Origin: an uncultured bacterium
GTDB taxonomy: Bacteria > Patescibacteriota > Patescibacteriia > Magasanikbacterales > GWA2-37-8
Length of the DNA stretch: 64,000 nt
Reading direction: 5' to 3'
NCBI GenBank assembly: GCA_937903605.1
Contig: CALCZC010000025.1
Location: 281,372-345,371, forward strand
The position numbers were made by a program, and so were the translations under genes. This document shows positions 9,098 to 18,145 of the stretch, piece after piece; position 1 is the first letter of the stretch, and each line of letters starts with the position of its first letter. The notes beneath the pieces were generated by a model. The model was not told the origin of the DNA. It saw only the letters and a list, made by a program, of their open reading frames with translations, and did no database searches.

Positions 9098-10918
9098 TTA
9101 AGAGATTCCTTTCGCTTTTCTTTTCGCTTCATCCAAATCTAAAATCATTTTTCTAATTCTGATATTTTGTGGTGTGACTTCGACTAATTCGTCGTCTCCA
9201 ATGTATTCAAGAGAATCTTCAAGCTCCATAATTTTTGGCGCATTGAAATGTTCTGTCACTCCATGCCCTTTACTGCGCATGTTAGAAAGTTGTTTTTCTT
9301 TACAAACATTTATTGCTAAATCTCCGGGACGAGAATTTTGTCCTACCACTTGTCCTTTATAAACTTTGACTCCCGGACCGACAAACAACACTCCTCTATC
9401 TTGAATATTCATTAGACCATAAGTATTACTTTCGCCGGTTTCATGAGCAACAAGCGACCCCTGCTCTCTTTCTTTCCAACTGGTATTGTCTTCTTGATAA
9501 TCAAAAAAACAGGTATTCATAATTCCAAGACCCTTGGTATCTGTCAAAAATTCACTTCGATAACCGAATAGTCCGCGCGTTGGAATAATAAACTCCAAAA
9601 AGCTAATGCCTCGTTCGTTGGCCATGTTAGTCATAGTGCCGTGACGATTGCCTAATTTTTGAATAACTATCCCAGCATAATCCTCTGGCACTTCAACAAA
9701 AATTTGATCAAAAGGAGACAGTTTTTTACCCTCTACTTCCTTTATTATAACCTGTGGACGAGAAACCTGCAATTCAAAACCTTCACGGCGCAATCTTTCA
9801 ATCAAAATCGCCAAATGCAATTCTCCGCGACCGCAAACAATCCAGCTACCACTGGAATCAGTATCGCTGACTCGCAGTGCCATATCGGTTTCCAATTCTT
9901 TATAAAGACGCTCTCTAAGTTGACGAGAAGTAGTGTATTTACCTTCTTTACCGGCAAACGGAGAATCATTAACGGAAAAAGTCATCTTTACTGTCGGCTC
10001 TTCAATATTGATAGTTGGTAAAGCAGTCGGTTCATTTACATCGGCAATGGTTTCGCCAATATTAATATCAGCAATACCGGAAATCGCGGCAATATCTCCG
10101 GCTTTAATTTCCGGAACTTCCACTTTTCCCAAACCGTCATAAGTCATCAATGAAGTAAGGCGATATTTTTTCATTTCTCCCGCGCGATTGATATGCATCA
10201 CATCTTGATTATTTTTTAATGTTCCGTTATAAACCCGTCCGATAGCTATACGTCCTTTGTAGTTATCTCCAACAATGGAAACAGTCAACATTTGCAGAGG
10301 TTTAGTTTCATCACCTTGAGGCGAAGGAACTTCTTTTATAATAGTTTCAAAAATATCAGTGACATCATTCATCTTTTCCAAATCCGGAGTCAGTCCGGAT
10401 TTACCCAATTTGGCACAAGCGTAGATAACCGGAAAATCGCAAGTTTTATCATCAGCTCCGAGCTCCATAAATAATTCCAAAGTTTTATCCAAAACATATT
10501 GGATTCGGGCGTCGGGCTTGTCTATTTTATTCACCACTACAATAACTCTTAAACCCAAACTTAGTGCTTTTTTCAAAACAAATCTGGTTTGTGGCATCGG
10601 ACCTTCTTTGGCATCTACCAACAGCAAACAACCGTCCGCCATCTTGAGTACGCGTTCCACTTCTCCGCCAAAATCAGCATGTCCCGGAGTATCTATAATA
10701 TTTATTTTAGTGCCATTGAAATTTACCGAAGCGTTTTTGGAAAAAATAGTAATCCCACGTTCTTTTTCTAGTTCATTGCTATCCATGATACAAATAGCAT
10801 TTTCATTTTCTTTATTTAACTTGGTTTTACTTTGGTGAAGCAAAGCATCCACGAGCGTGGTTTTGCCGTGGTCAACGTGAGCAATAATAGCGATATTTCT
10901 GATGTCTGTTTGTTTCAT
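9098..10918 (-). CDS. typA: translational GTPase TypA/BipA
   Basis: MKQTDIRNIAIIAHVDHGKTTLVDALL…DTPGHADFGGEVERVL…NKID. The protein is 606 aa with the EF-G-like domain order typical of BipA. Confidence 0.9.
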   Translation of the reverse strand: MKQTDIRNIAIIAHVDHGKTTLVDALLHQSKTKLNKENENAICIMDSNELEKERGITIFSKNASVNFNGTKINIIDTPGHADFGGEVERVLKMADGCLLLVDAKEGPMPQTRFVLKKALSLGLRVIVVVNKIDKPDARIQYVLDKTLELFMELGADDKTCDFPVIYACAKLGKSGLTPDLEKMNDVTDIFETIIKEVPSPQGDETKPLQMLTVSIVGDNYKGRIAIGRVYNGTLKNNQDVMHINRAGEMKKYRLTSLMTYDGLGKVEVPEIKAGDIAAISGIADINIGETIADVNEPTALPTINIEEPTVKMTFSVNDSPFAGKEGKYTTSRQLRERLYKELETDMALRVSDTDSSGSWIVCGRGELHLAILIERLRREGFELQVSRPQVIIKEVEGKKLSPFDQIFVEVPEDYAGIVIQKLGNRHGTMTNMANERGISFLEFIIPTRGLFGYRSEFLTDTKGLGIMNTCFFDYQEDNTSWKEREQGSLVAHETGESNTYGLMNIQDRGVLFVGPGVKVYKGQVVGQNSRPGDLAINVCKEKQLSNMRSKGHGVTEHFNAPKIMELEDSLEYIGDDELVEVTPQNIRIRKMILDLDEAKRKAKGIS

Positions 10919-10960
10919 ATATTTATTTCCGCAATAATATCATAATTTAGCGAAAAAAGC

Positions 10961-11042
10961 AACCCCGACGCTGAGCGTCGGTAAAGCCACGCTTAGCGTG
11001 GCCCGCGAAGATAAGTCGGGGTTATAGTCACGCTCAGCGTGA
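10961..11042. repeat. cluster of three GC-rich palindromic hairpins with GCTNAGC cores, nested in an outer 9-bp stem
   Basis: The three hairpins are GACGCTGAGCGTC, CCACGCTTAGCGTGG and TCACGCTCAGCGTGA. The outer stem is AACCCCGAC…GTCGGGGTT. The cluster lies in the typA leader. The exact 17-mer GCCACGCTTAGCGTGGC recurs at 11726-11742. Confidence 0.55.
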
Positions 11043-11123
11043 CAAGGGTTAAACTACTAGATTAAAATATTGAATATTGGATACTTGTCCGTCCATAGCT
11101 TTAGCGAAGGCGGATTAAATATT

Positions 11124-11155
11124 AAAAAAATAAAGGAGCCCGGGTTAGGGGCTCC
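11124..11155 (-). terminator. intrinsic terminator (GGAGCCC-ctaaccc-GGGCTCC plus T-run on minus strand)
   Basis: Perfect 7-bp stem and U-run lie 20 nt downstream of the stop of the small secreted-protein gene. Confidence 0.65.
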
Positions 11156-11175
11156 TATTGAAAGCGGTTGAGGTT

Positions 11176-11409
11176 TTACTTCAAGGCAAAGACTTTTTCC
11201 TCTTCGCCGTAATGAAGAACCTCTATGCAGAGATCTTTTTTTTCAGAGTACATTTCGCACTCTTCGTAAAGCGCTCTCTTGCATATCCCGATCTTAACCG
11301 GGAGACTTTCGTTTCCTTTCATGAAACGAGCATAGCTTTCACACATGTCGTTAGCAAAAAGACCGGAAAAAGAAGCAAGAACAACGATAGCAACGAAAAT
11401 TCTTCTCAT
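11176..11409 (-). CDS. small secreted cysteine-containing protein (77 aa precursor)
   Basis: MRRIFVAIVVLASFSGLFAN signal peptide followed by about 57 residues with 4 Cys. GGAGA RBS 7 nt upstream of the ATG at 11407-11409. A terminator follows immediately. The longer ORF-track N-terminus has no RBS. Confidence 0.5.
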   Translation of the reverse strand: MRRIFVAIVVLASFSGLFANDMCESYARFMKGNESLPVKIGICKRALYEECEMYSEKKDLCIEVLHYGEEEKVFALK

Positions 11410-11649
11410 GATAATCTCCTTCAAATTTAATTTATAATACGGACCGCTTGTTATTAAAGAACAACTTTCTTCATTCCAGCCCTCATTGTATTGAATAAGG
11501 GCTTGATAAAAGAAAAACTCCCCAAATATGGAGAGATGCATCAAAAAACTTGTTTGTATCGCTTTTATCCTCTCTCCAAGATAAAGTTGATACGATTTGG
11601 GTTTTTATTATTTAACTACATAGTATAGCACATTTTGACGGTTTTGTCA

Positions 11650-11742
11650 AGCCCGCTGAGCGGGCTAAAATTTGGCTATAATTAGAGAAAATAATTTAAT
11701 TTTAACTTAAATTTTGCTAAAATTAGCCACGCTTAGCGTGGC
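11650..11742. repeat. two further members of the GCTNAGC-loop hairpin family (AGCCCGCTGAGCGGGCT and GCCACGCTTAGCGTGGC-AAGGGATAAA)
   Basis: The second copy shares about 27 nt (yCACGCTyAGCGTGrCAAGGGwTAAA) with the element at 11028-11055. Confidence 0.55.
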
Positions 11743-11848
11743 AAGGGATAAAAGTGGCTAAGATTAGCGAAATTGAAATTTGAGAGATTTCAAAGATTTA
11801 ATGGATTTAAAAGATTTATTGATATTTTGGCTAAGCTTGGATAAAAAA

Positions 11849-11880
11849 CTAAAAAACCGCTTATTTCAGCGGTTTTTATA
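11849..11880 (-). terminator. bidirectional hairpin terminator (AACCGC-ttatttca-GCGGTT) ending the hyd-por-acd operon
   Basis: Stem plus T/A runs on both sides, 24 nt downstream of the acd stop. Confidence 0.6.
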
Positions 11881-11903
11881 CTTAATACTTGATACTTAAT
11901 ACT

Positions 11904-13913
11904 TTATACTATTCTCACATCCACCAAACTCACCCCATTTTCATCGCAAAACACCGGATTAAAGTCCATTTCTTTGATTTCCGGATGTTTTACTGCCAAA
12001 TCAGATACCGCCAAAATAGTCTTTTTGAGAGCTTCAAAATTTATCGCCTTTTGTCCTCTAGTTCCTTGCAAAATATTTATCCCTTTTATATCACCAATCA
12101 AATCATCTACATCGTTTGGCATTAATGGCGCTACACGCATAGAAACATCTTTGAGAACCTCTACAAATATTCCACCCAGACCAAAAACTATAGTCGGACC
12201 AAAAACAGCGTCCCGTTTCATCCCGATAATCACTTCCCTACCAGCAGTCATACTTTGCAACAACATGCCAGTTATTTTTACACCGACAGATTTTTCAGAA
12301 ACATTTTTTGAAATTTCTTCCCAAGCGTTTTCAATATCTCCTCTTGTTTGTAAATTCAATTTCAAAGCTCCAATATCGCTTTTGTGTAAAACTTTGTCAG
12401 TAATTGCTTTGAGTACATATGGTCCCGGTAATTTTCCCGTAGCGGAAATAATTTCTTTTTTATCAGAAAGCAAAATCCCGGAAGTTGCCAGCCCGACACT
12501 TTGTAACAGTTTTTCCGTTTGCAAAAAATCCAATTGATCAACAGCGACCTCTTCTTTTTTATTTTGTATAACAGTTTTATTTTTGAAAGACAGATAATCC
12601 AAGGCTTTGACCAAATGAATAGGGTCGGAAAAATAAGCAATATTTTTTTGTCGGAAAATTTTCAAAGCCGGTTCTATTTGTGTTCCGCCGATAAAAAGCG
12701 GAAGAACAATTTTCTTTTTATTTATTTTGGCGATGATTTTCGCAGTTTCTTTAATTTGAGTCATCTTTTGCGGAGTGAGGATTACCGCCAAGGCATCAAT
12801 GTCTTTTACTTTGCTCAGAATTTTCAAAGCACTTTCATATCTGTCGCTTAACGCGTCACCTATAACATCCACCGGATTACCAACTGCTGCGGTCGCGGGC
12901 AAGACTTCACGCAAAGCGGTTTTTGTTTTGTCCGTCAAAGTCGCCAGATTCAAACTTTGTGAAAGTTCCAACAAATCTGCCAGAATAATAGATGGTCCCC
13001 CGCCATTGGTAACTATACCGATATTTTCAAGCGGCTGATAGATGCCAGTATTAAACATTTTCAGTAAATCAAACATCTCAGAAATAGTTTCCACGTTTAC
13101 AACATTAGCTTGGGCACAAACAGCTTCAAATATTTTATTTTCCGAAGCAAGCGACCCTGTATGCGATGCTACCGCAGCAGCACCTCGAGCGGTTTTACCG
13201 GCCTTGAGCACAACCAACGGTTTTACCGGAGTTATTTTTTTTGCTAATTCCAAAAATCTTTTTCCATCCGACACTGCTTCCAAATACAGCGCTATGGCTT
13301 TGGTATTTTCATCAGTCAATAAATATTCTAGGAAATCATTTTCCGTGAGTCCGGCTTCGTTGCCAACAGAAATAAATTTGGCAAAACCAATATTTTCTTT
13401 TTTGGCAAAATCAAGCATAGAGGTGCCAACAGCTCCGGATTGAGAAATCACGGAAATATTTCCAACACCAGGAAGTTTGTCGCCAAAAGTCACATTGAGA
13501 TTATTTTGACAATCGAAAATCCCCAAACAATTCGGACCGATAATTTTTATGTTAAAATTCTTCGCGATTTGTTTGAGTTCATCTTCGCGTTTTTTTCCTT
13601 CTTCTCCGGTTTCTTTGTAACCGGCGGTGATGATAATACAATAAGAAATTTTCTTTTCTCCGCAAGATTTCAGAATACTCGGCACAATTTCCGGCTTGAC
13701 AGCTATTACTGCCAAATCTATTTCTTCTTTTATTTCCGCTATAGAAGAAAAAACTTTTTCACCTAAAATTTCTTTTTCACTTGGGTTAACCAAAAAAATC
13801 CGACGTTCTTTTTTACCATCAAGTAAATTAGAAGCCAAGGCATAACCGATTTTTTCTTTATTGGCTGATGCGCCGATAACCACTACCCCCTTTGGATTGA
13901 ATAAATTATGCAT
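11904..13913 (-). CDS. acd: acetate--CoA ligase (ADP-forming), fused alpha/beta type (acetyl-CoA synthetase, ADP-forming)
   Basis: MHNLFNPKGVVVIGASANKEKIGYALASNLL… is a CoA-binding domain. Succinyl-CoA-synthetase-like and ATP-grasp regions follow. The start is placed at the ATG at 13911-13913, 5 nt after the porB stop. The longer ORF-track start would overlap porB by 160 nt. Confidence 0.8.
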   Translation of the reverse strand: MHNLFNPKGVVVIGASANKEKIGYALASNLLDGKKERRIFLVNPSEKEILGEKVFSSIAEIKEEIDLAVIAVKPEIVPSILKSCGEKKISYCIIITAGYKETGEEGKKREDELKQIAKNFNIKIIGPNCLGIFDCQNNLNVTFGDKLPGVGNISVISQSGAVGTSMLDFAKKENIGFAKFISVGNEAGLTENDFLEYLLTDENTKAIALYLEAVSDGKRFLELAKKITPVKPLVVLKAGKTARGAAAVASHTGSLASENKIFEAVCAQANVVNVETISEMFDLLKMFNTGIYQPLENIGIVTNGGGPSIILADLLELSQSLNLATLTDKTKTALREVLPATAAVGNPVDVIGDALSDRYESALKILSKVKDIDALAVILTPQKMTQIKETAKIIAKINKKKIVLPLFIGGTQIEPALKIFRQKNIAYFSDPIHLVKALDYLSFKNKTVIQNKKEEVAVDQLDFLQTEKLLQSVGLATSGILLSDKKEIISATGKLPGPYVLKAITDKVLHKSDIGALKLNLQTRGDIENAWEEISKNVSEKSVGVKITGMLLQSMTAGREVIIGMKRDAVFGPTIVFGLGGIFVEVLKDVSMRVAPLMPNDVDDLIGDIKGINILQGTRGQKAINFEALKKTILAVSDLAVKHPEIKEMDFNPVFCDENGVSLVDVRIV

Positions 13914-13917
13914 ATTT

Positions 13918-14691
13918 TTATAATTGTTCTTCAAAAGTCGCTTTTTCCACTTCATAAAAAATTCCCAGCGGAATACGTTCTTTTTCTTGCACCTTTTGCA
14001 TTGCCCATTGCAAATCGTTTTTGGGAGAATTTTGATCCAAGTTATAAACTCTTTCTTTGAAATAATCACGAGTGTCATTGAAACTGATACACGGCTGGAT
14101 AATTTCCAAATGCGCGAAACCTTTGTGTAAAATCGCTTTTTTCATAATCTGTGTCATGAATGGCAGATCGCCGGTATAAACACGAGCAACAAAAGTAGCA
14201 CCGCTGGCAAGCATCACCAATTGCGGATTGATAGGTTCTTCCACACTCCCCTGCGGAGTTGATTTGCCTTTGTAACCTCTGTTAGAGGTTGGAGTAACTT
14301 GTCCGGTAGTCAAACCAAAAACTTGATTATTATGTACAAATAATTTGATATCACTATTACGTTTAGCCGCATGGACGAGATGTTCTATCCCTTCGGCATA
14401 AGAATCACCATCGCCGGAAAATGCGATAGTCGTCAAATCTGGATTACCCAATTTCACTCCGGTCATAGTCGGTACTACACGACCGTGAAGTGAAATAATA
14501 CTGTTGGTACCCACATAATCCGCGATTTTACCATGACACCCGATACCGGCTCCAACTACAATATTATCTTTTTTGATTTTTCCCTCAGTTATCAATTCGG
14601 ACAGGGCATTTTTAAACGCAGTCAAAATCATGAAATTGGTACAACCGGGGCACCAGGTATTTTTGGCTTTGGTATTTAAATCTATATTCAT
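13918..14691 (-). CDS. porB: 2-oxoacid (pyruvate):ferredoxin oxidoreductase beta subunit (TPP-binding)
   Basis: MNIDLNTKAKNTWCPGCTNFMILTAFKNAL…GIGCHGKIADYV… is a TPP-binding fold with N-terminal Cys cluster ligands. Confidence 0.85.
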   Translation of the reverse strand: MNIDLNTKAKNTWCPGCTNFMILTAFKNALSELITEGKIKKDNIVVGAGIGCHGKIADYVGTNSIISLHGRVVPTMTGVKLGNPDLTTIAFSGDGDSYAEGIEHLVHAAKRNSDIKLFVHNNQVFGLTTGQVTPTSNRGYKGKSTPQGSVEEPINPQLVMLASGATFVARVYTGDLPFMTQIMKKAILHKGFAHLEIIQPCISFNDTRDYFKERVYNLDQNSPKNDLQWAMQKVQEKERIPLGIFYEVEKATFEEQL

Positions 14692-14695
14692 ATAT

Positions 14696-16393
14696 TTATA
14701 GTATTTTATCTATTTTTTTAGCCAATTCTATCGGTTCAAAAGCAAAAGTGTCATATTTCAAAATCTTATTTTTAATTTTCAAGCCGGTTTTTTCCGCAAT
14801 AACCTGCGCCAATTGTCCGGTATGATTGAGTTCAATATCAATGATTTTTTTGGCCCCCTTGAAAGCTTCCAACAAACTTTTAACCGGCAATGGTTCTATC
14901 ACCAAAACTTGCACGGCTTTGACCGGTTTTTTGACATATTTTATCGCTTCCAGAACTGCGCCTTTGGTAGAACCCCAAAACACCACTATGTTTTTACTTT
15001 TTTTATCACCATAAATTTTAACTCCTTTGAAACTATTTATTTCTTTTTCTAGATTTTTTAATTTAGCAAATCTTTTATCAAACATTTTTTGTGTCATCTC
15101 TGCACTCTCGGTTATCAAACCATCTTCACTATGTTCATAACTATTCACTTTGACAATTGTATCTTTTGTTCCAGGAAAACAAAGCGTTGAAACACCGTCA
15201 GTACTAAAAGCATAGCGTTGATAATTTTTTCCTCCTTTGCTAATTTTTATTTTTTCCGGTTTGATTTTGATTTTACTAAAATCCGCATTTGATAAACTTT
15301 CGGATAAATGTTTATCAAGCGCTATCATCACCGGTAATTGATATTGCCAAGCCAAATTCATAGCTTTTCCGCCTATCTCATAAGATTCTTGTTGATCACC
15401 CGGCGCCAAAACAATACGCGGAAATTCTCCCAAAATTTGTCGGACAAATTGCAAATCACCTTGGGCAGTTCTGGTTGGCACGCCGGTTGACGGTCCCGGG
15501 CGTTGCGATTCTACTACTACGGTCGGAATTTCAGCAATCCCGGCCATACTCAAAGCTTCGGTCATCAAAGCAAAACCTCCACCGGAAGTTCCAGTGGCAG
15601 TACGAACTCCAGCATAAGCACTACCCAAAACCATATTGATAACAGCTACTTCACTTTCCGCTTGCGTAACTTTCAATCCGTATTTGGGCGCTTGTTTGGC
15701 CAAATGATGTAAAACACTGGTAGCGGGAGTCATGGGATAAGCGATATAATTTTTCATTCCCGCGGCCATCATCCCCTCGCCTGTTGCCGCATTACCATCA
15801 ATAATTTGTCCTTTAATTTTTTTGTCCGGTTTTGAAAATTTTGTTTGACCAAAATTTTTATCTTGCAAATAATCAAATCCTTTTTTTGCTAAATCAATAT
15901 TTATTTGAGCTTTACTGCCAAAAATATCCGTAAAAACTTCGTTTAATTTCAAAAGTGACAGATCATAATATCGACAAAAAGCGCCCAGAGCCACGGCTGT
16001 ACGAGCCAGAGACGGCGCAGAAAGTTCTTTGGCATAAGAAGTTATCGGTAAACTTATCAATTGTCCAGATTTACCAATAATAGAATTTATATTGTTATCA
16101 AAAAATATCACCCCAGATTTTTTGAGTTCGTTCTTGTGCAAATCCGCTGTTTCTTGGTTGAGCGCGATAATCGCATCAAGCTCGCGATAGTCACTGTAAA
16201 TTTTTTCTTTAGAAAAAGAAACGCGACAAAAATTATGTCCTCCGCGAATCAGTGACGGATATTCCATACTAGCAAAAACATAATAACCTAATTTACAAAA
16301 CAAACGTGCTAAATTTACTCCAGCCTCTCTGGCTCCATCTCCAGCTTGCCCACCAATTAAAATAGTGTATATTTTCTCTTGATTTTTTTTCAT
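14696..16393 (-). CDS. porA: 2-oxoacid (pyruvate):ferredoxin oxidoreductase, fused gamma-alpha subunit
   Basis: An N-terminal gamma-like segment (ILIGGQAGDGAREAGVNLARLF) is followed by an alpha-subunit core (GNAATGEGMMAAGMKNYIAYPMTPATSVL). The start is placed at the ATG at 16391-16393 (MKKNQEK), 1 nt after the hydA stop. Confidence 0.8.
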   Translation of the reverse strand: MKKNQEKIYTILIGGQAGDGAREAGVNLARLFCKLGYYVFASMEYPSLIRGGHNFCRVSFSKEKIYSDYRELDAIIALNQETADLHKNELKKSGVIFFDNNINSIIGKSGQLISLPITSYAKELSAPSLARTAVALGAFCRYYDLSLLKLNEVFTDIFGSKAQINIDLAKKGFDYLQDKNFGQTKFSKPDKKIKGQIIDGNAATGEGMMAAGMKNYIAYPMTPATSVLHHLAKQAPKYGLKVTQAESEVAVINMVLGSAYAGVRTATGTSGGGFALMTEALSMAGIAEIPTVVVESQRPGPSTGVPTRTAQGDLQFVRQILGEFPRIVLAPGDQQESYEIGGKAMNLAWQYQLPVMIALDKHLSESLSNADFSKIKIKPEKIKISKGGKNYQRYAFSTDGVSTLCFPGTKDTIVKVNSYEHSEDGLITESAEMTQKMFDKRFAKLKNLEKEINSFKGVKIYGDKKSKNIVVFWGSTKGAVLEAIKYVKKPVKAVQVLVIEPLPVKSLLEAFKGAKKIIDIELNHTGQLAQVIAEKTGLKIKNKILKYDTFAFEPIELAKKIDKIL

Positions 16394-16394
16394 A

Positions 16395-18143
16395 TTATTT
16401 TTTGATCTTAATTTTACTTTTACCTTCCGGTTTAAAATCAACTTCAAACATTTTTTTAGTCAATTTTTTATCAGTCAAAAATTCTTTGTAAACCTGTTGA
16501 ACTTGCGGATTTTGGTGTGCAAGACGAATCTTCTTGGTTTTATCTATCTGATAAAGAGATGCTGACCTCTTTTTGCGAATCTCCTCGTTGATTGGTAAAG
16601 GTTGCCCGCCACCGCCAATACAACCGCCGGGACAGGCCATCACCTCTATAAATTGATATTTTTTCGGATCTTGTTTTAATTCATCTAAAATTATTTTGGC
16701 GTTTTTCAAACCATTAACTACCGCTACACGCAATTCCACACACTTATCACCACCAAATTTTACCGGCTTGCAAAGTCTGACAACCGCGCGTTTTACACCG
16801 TCTTGCCCGCGCACTTGTTCAAAATCCACTTTTTGCAAATCGCGACCAAACAAACGAAAATAAGCGGTGCGCAAAGCGCTTTCCATCACACCGCCAGATG
16901 CGCCATAAAGCACACCTGCACCACTTGGATCGCCCAGTGGATTATCCGCTGGATCGTCTTTGATAGTTTTGAGATCTATTTTTTTATCTTTCAAAATCCA
17001 AGCCAATTCTCTGGTAGTCCAAACATAATCTATAGGTTTAAGCCCATTTTCAAAATTTAACTCCGGACGACTAGCTTCATATTTTTTGGCCGTGCACGGC
17101 ATAATAGAAACCATCACAATATTTTTGGGGTCTATTTTTTGTTTGGGCGCAAAATAATTTTTTACAATACTGGACAACATCATCTGTGGCGATCTGGCAT
17201 GAGAAATATTTTTACGCAAATGCGGATGATAAAATTCCACATATTTTACCCAAGACGGACAACAGGAGGTAAAAATTGGTAAATCCTTACCCGACAAAAT
17301 TCTTTCAATAGCTTCACCGGCTTCCTCTGTCGTGGTAAAATCAGCACCCACGGATGTGTCAAACACATAATCAAAGCCAAGTTTTTTCAAAGCTGCGGAT
17401 AATTTATCGGTAGCAATAGAACCATAAGGCATGCCGAATTCTTCTCCGATACTGGTGCGAATAGAAGGCGCAAACTGGGCGACTAAAACTTTACCTTGTT
17501 TTTTGAGTTCAAAAACTTTTTCCATTTCTTCAAATTCTCCGTCGCTTTTGATAGCCCCGGCCGGACAATGGACGATACACTGACCACAATAAACACAATC
17601 TTTATTTTTATTAGTACTTGGTTCAATGGATATATCAATGCCTCTTTTTTCTATTTCATAGTAACCGACCGGACAAACCTCTACACAATTCCGACAATCT
17701 ATACATTTCTTACCTTCAAAAATAATCGGACCAAATTGTTTACTTGGCCTTTTTTCTTTACGATTGGAAAAACGGGTTATTTTGGCACGAAGCGGTTTTT
17801 GGTATTGTAACAATCCGCAACGTTTACCCCAGGTACAATTTTCACAATCCAAATGATGTTCTCCAAAAATCAACTCTAGATTAGTCTTACGACTACGACG
17901 AATTTCTCTGTCATCAGTAATTATATCCATTTCATCTTCCACCGGAGTAGAACAAGCAGTAAATAAACCGTTACGGCCTTTAATTTTTATCACACACATC
18001 CGACAATTGGCTTTGACTTGTAAATCAGGATGGTCACAAAGGTGAGGAATTTCTATCCCATTTTCTTGTGCCACATGCAAAATCATCTTGCCTTCGGCAC
18101 AGGTTATTTTTTTATCGTCAATTTTTATGGTTATTTTTTTCAT
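16395..18143 (-). CDS. hydA: [FeFe]-hydrogenase catalytic subunit, M3-type (N-terminal 2Fe-2S plus multiple 4Fe-4S domains plus H-cluster domain)
   Basis: H-cluster signature motifs read in order: L1 TSCCPSW, L2 MPCTAKKYE, L3 EVMACPGGCIGGGGQP. Upstream are a 2Fe-2S ferredoxin-like N-terminus, a His-ligated cluster (HHLDCENCTWGKRCG) and two CxxCxxCxxxCP ferredoxin motifs. Confidence 0.9.
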   Translation of the reverse strand: MKKITIKIDDKKITCAEGKMILHVAQENGIEIPHLCDHPDLQVKANCRMCVIKIKGRNGLFTACSTPVEDEMDIITDDREIRRSRKTNLELIFGEHHLDCENCTWGKRCGLLQYQKPLRAKITRFSNRKEKRPSKQFGPIIFEGKKCIDCRNCVEVCPVGYYEIEKRGIDISIEPSTNKNKDCVYCGQCIVHCPAGAIKSDGEFEEMEKVFELKKQGKVLVAQFAPSIRTSIGEEFGMPYGSIATDKLSAALKKLGFDYVFDTSVGADFTTTEEAGEAIERILSGKDLPIFTSCCPSWVKYVEFYHPHLRKNISHARSPQMMLSSIVKNYFAPKQKIDPKNIVMVSIMPCTAKKYEASRPELNFENGLKPIDYVWTTRELAWILKDKKIDLKTIKDDPADNPLGDPSGAGVLYGASGGVMESALRTAYFRLFGRDLQKVDFEQVRGQDGVKRAVVRLCKPVKFGGDKCVELRVAVVNGLKNAKIILDELKQDPKKYQFIEVMACPGGCIGGGGQPLPINEEIRKKRSASLYQIDKTKKIRLAHQNPQVQQVYKEFLTDKKLTKKMFEVDFKPEGKSKIKIKK

Positions 18144-18145
18144 AG

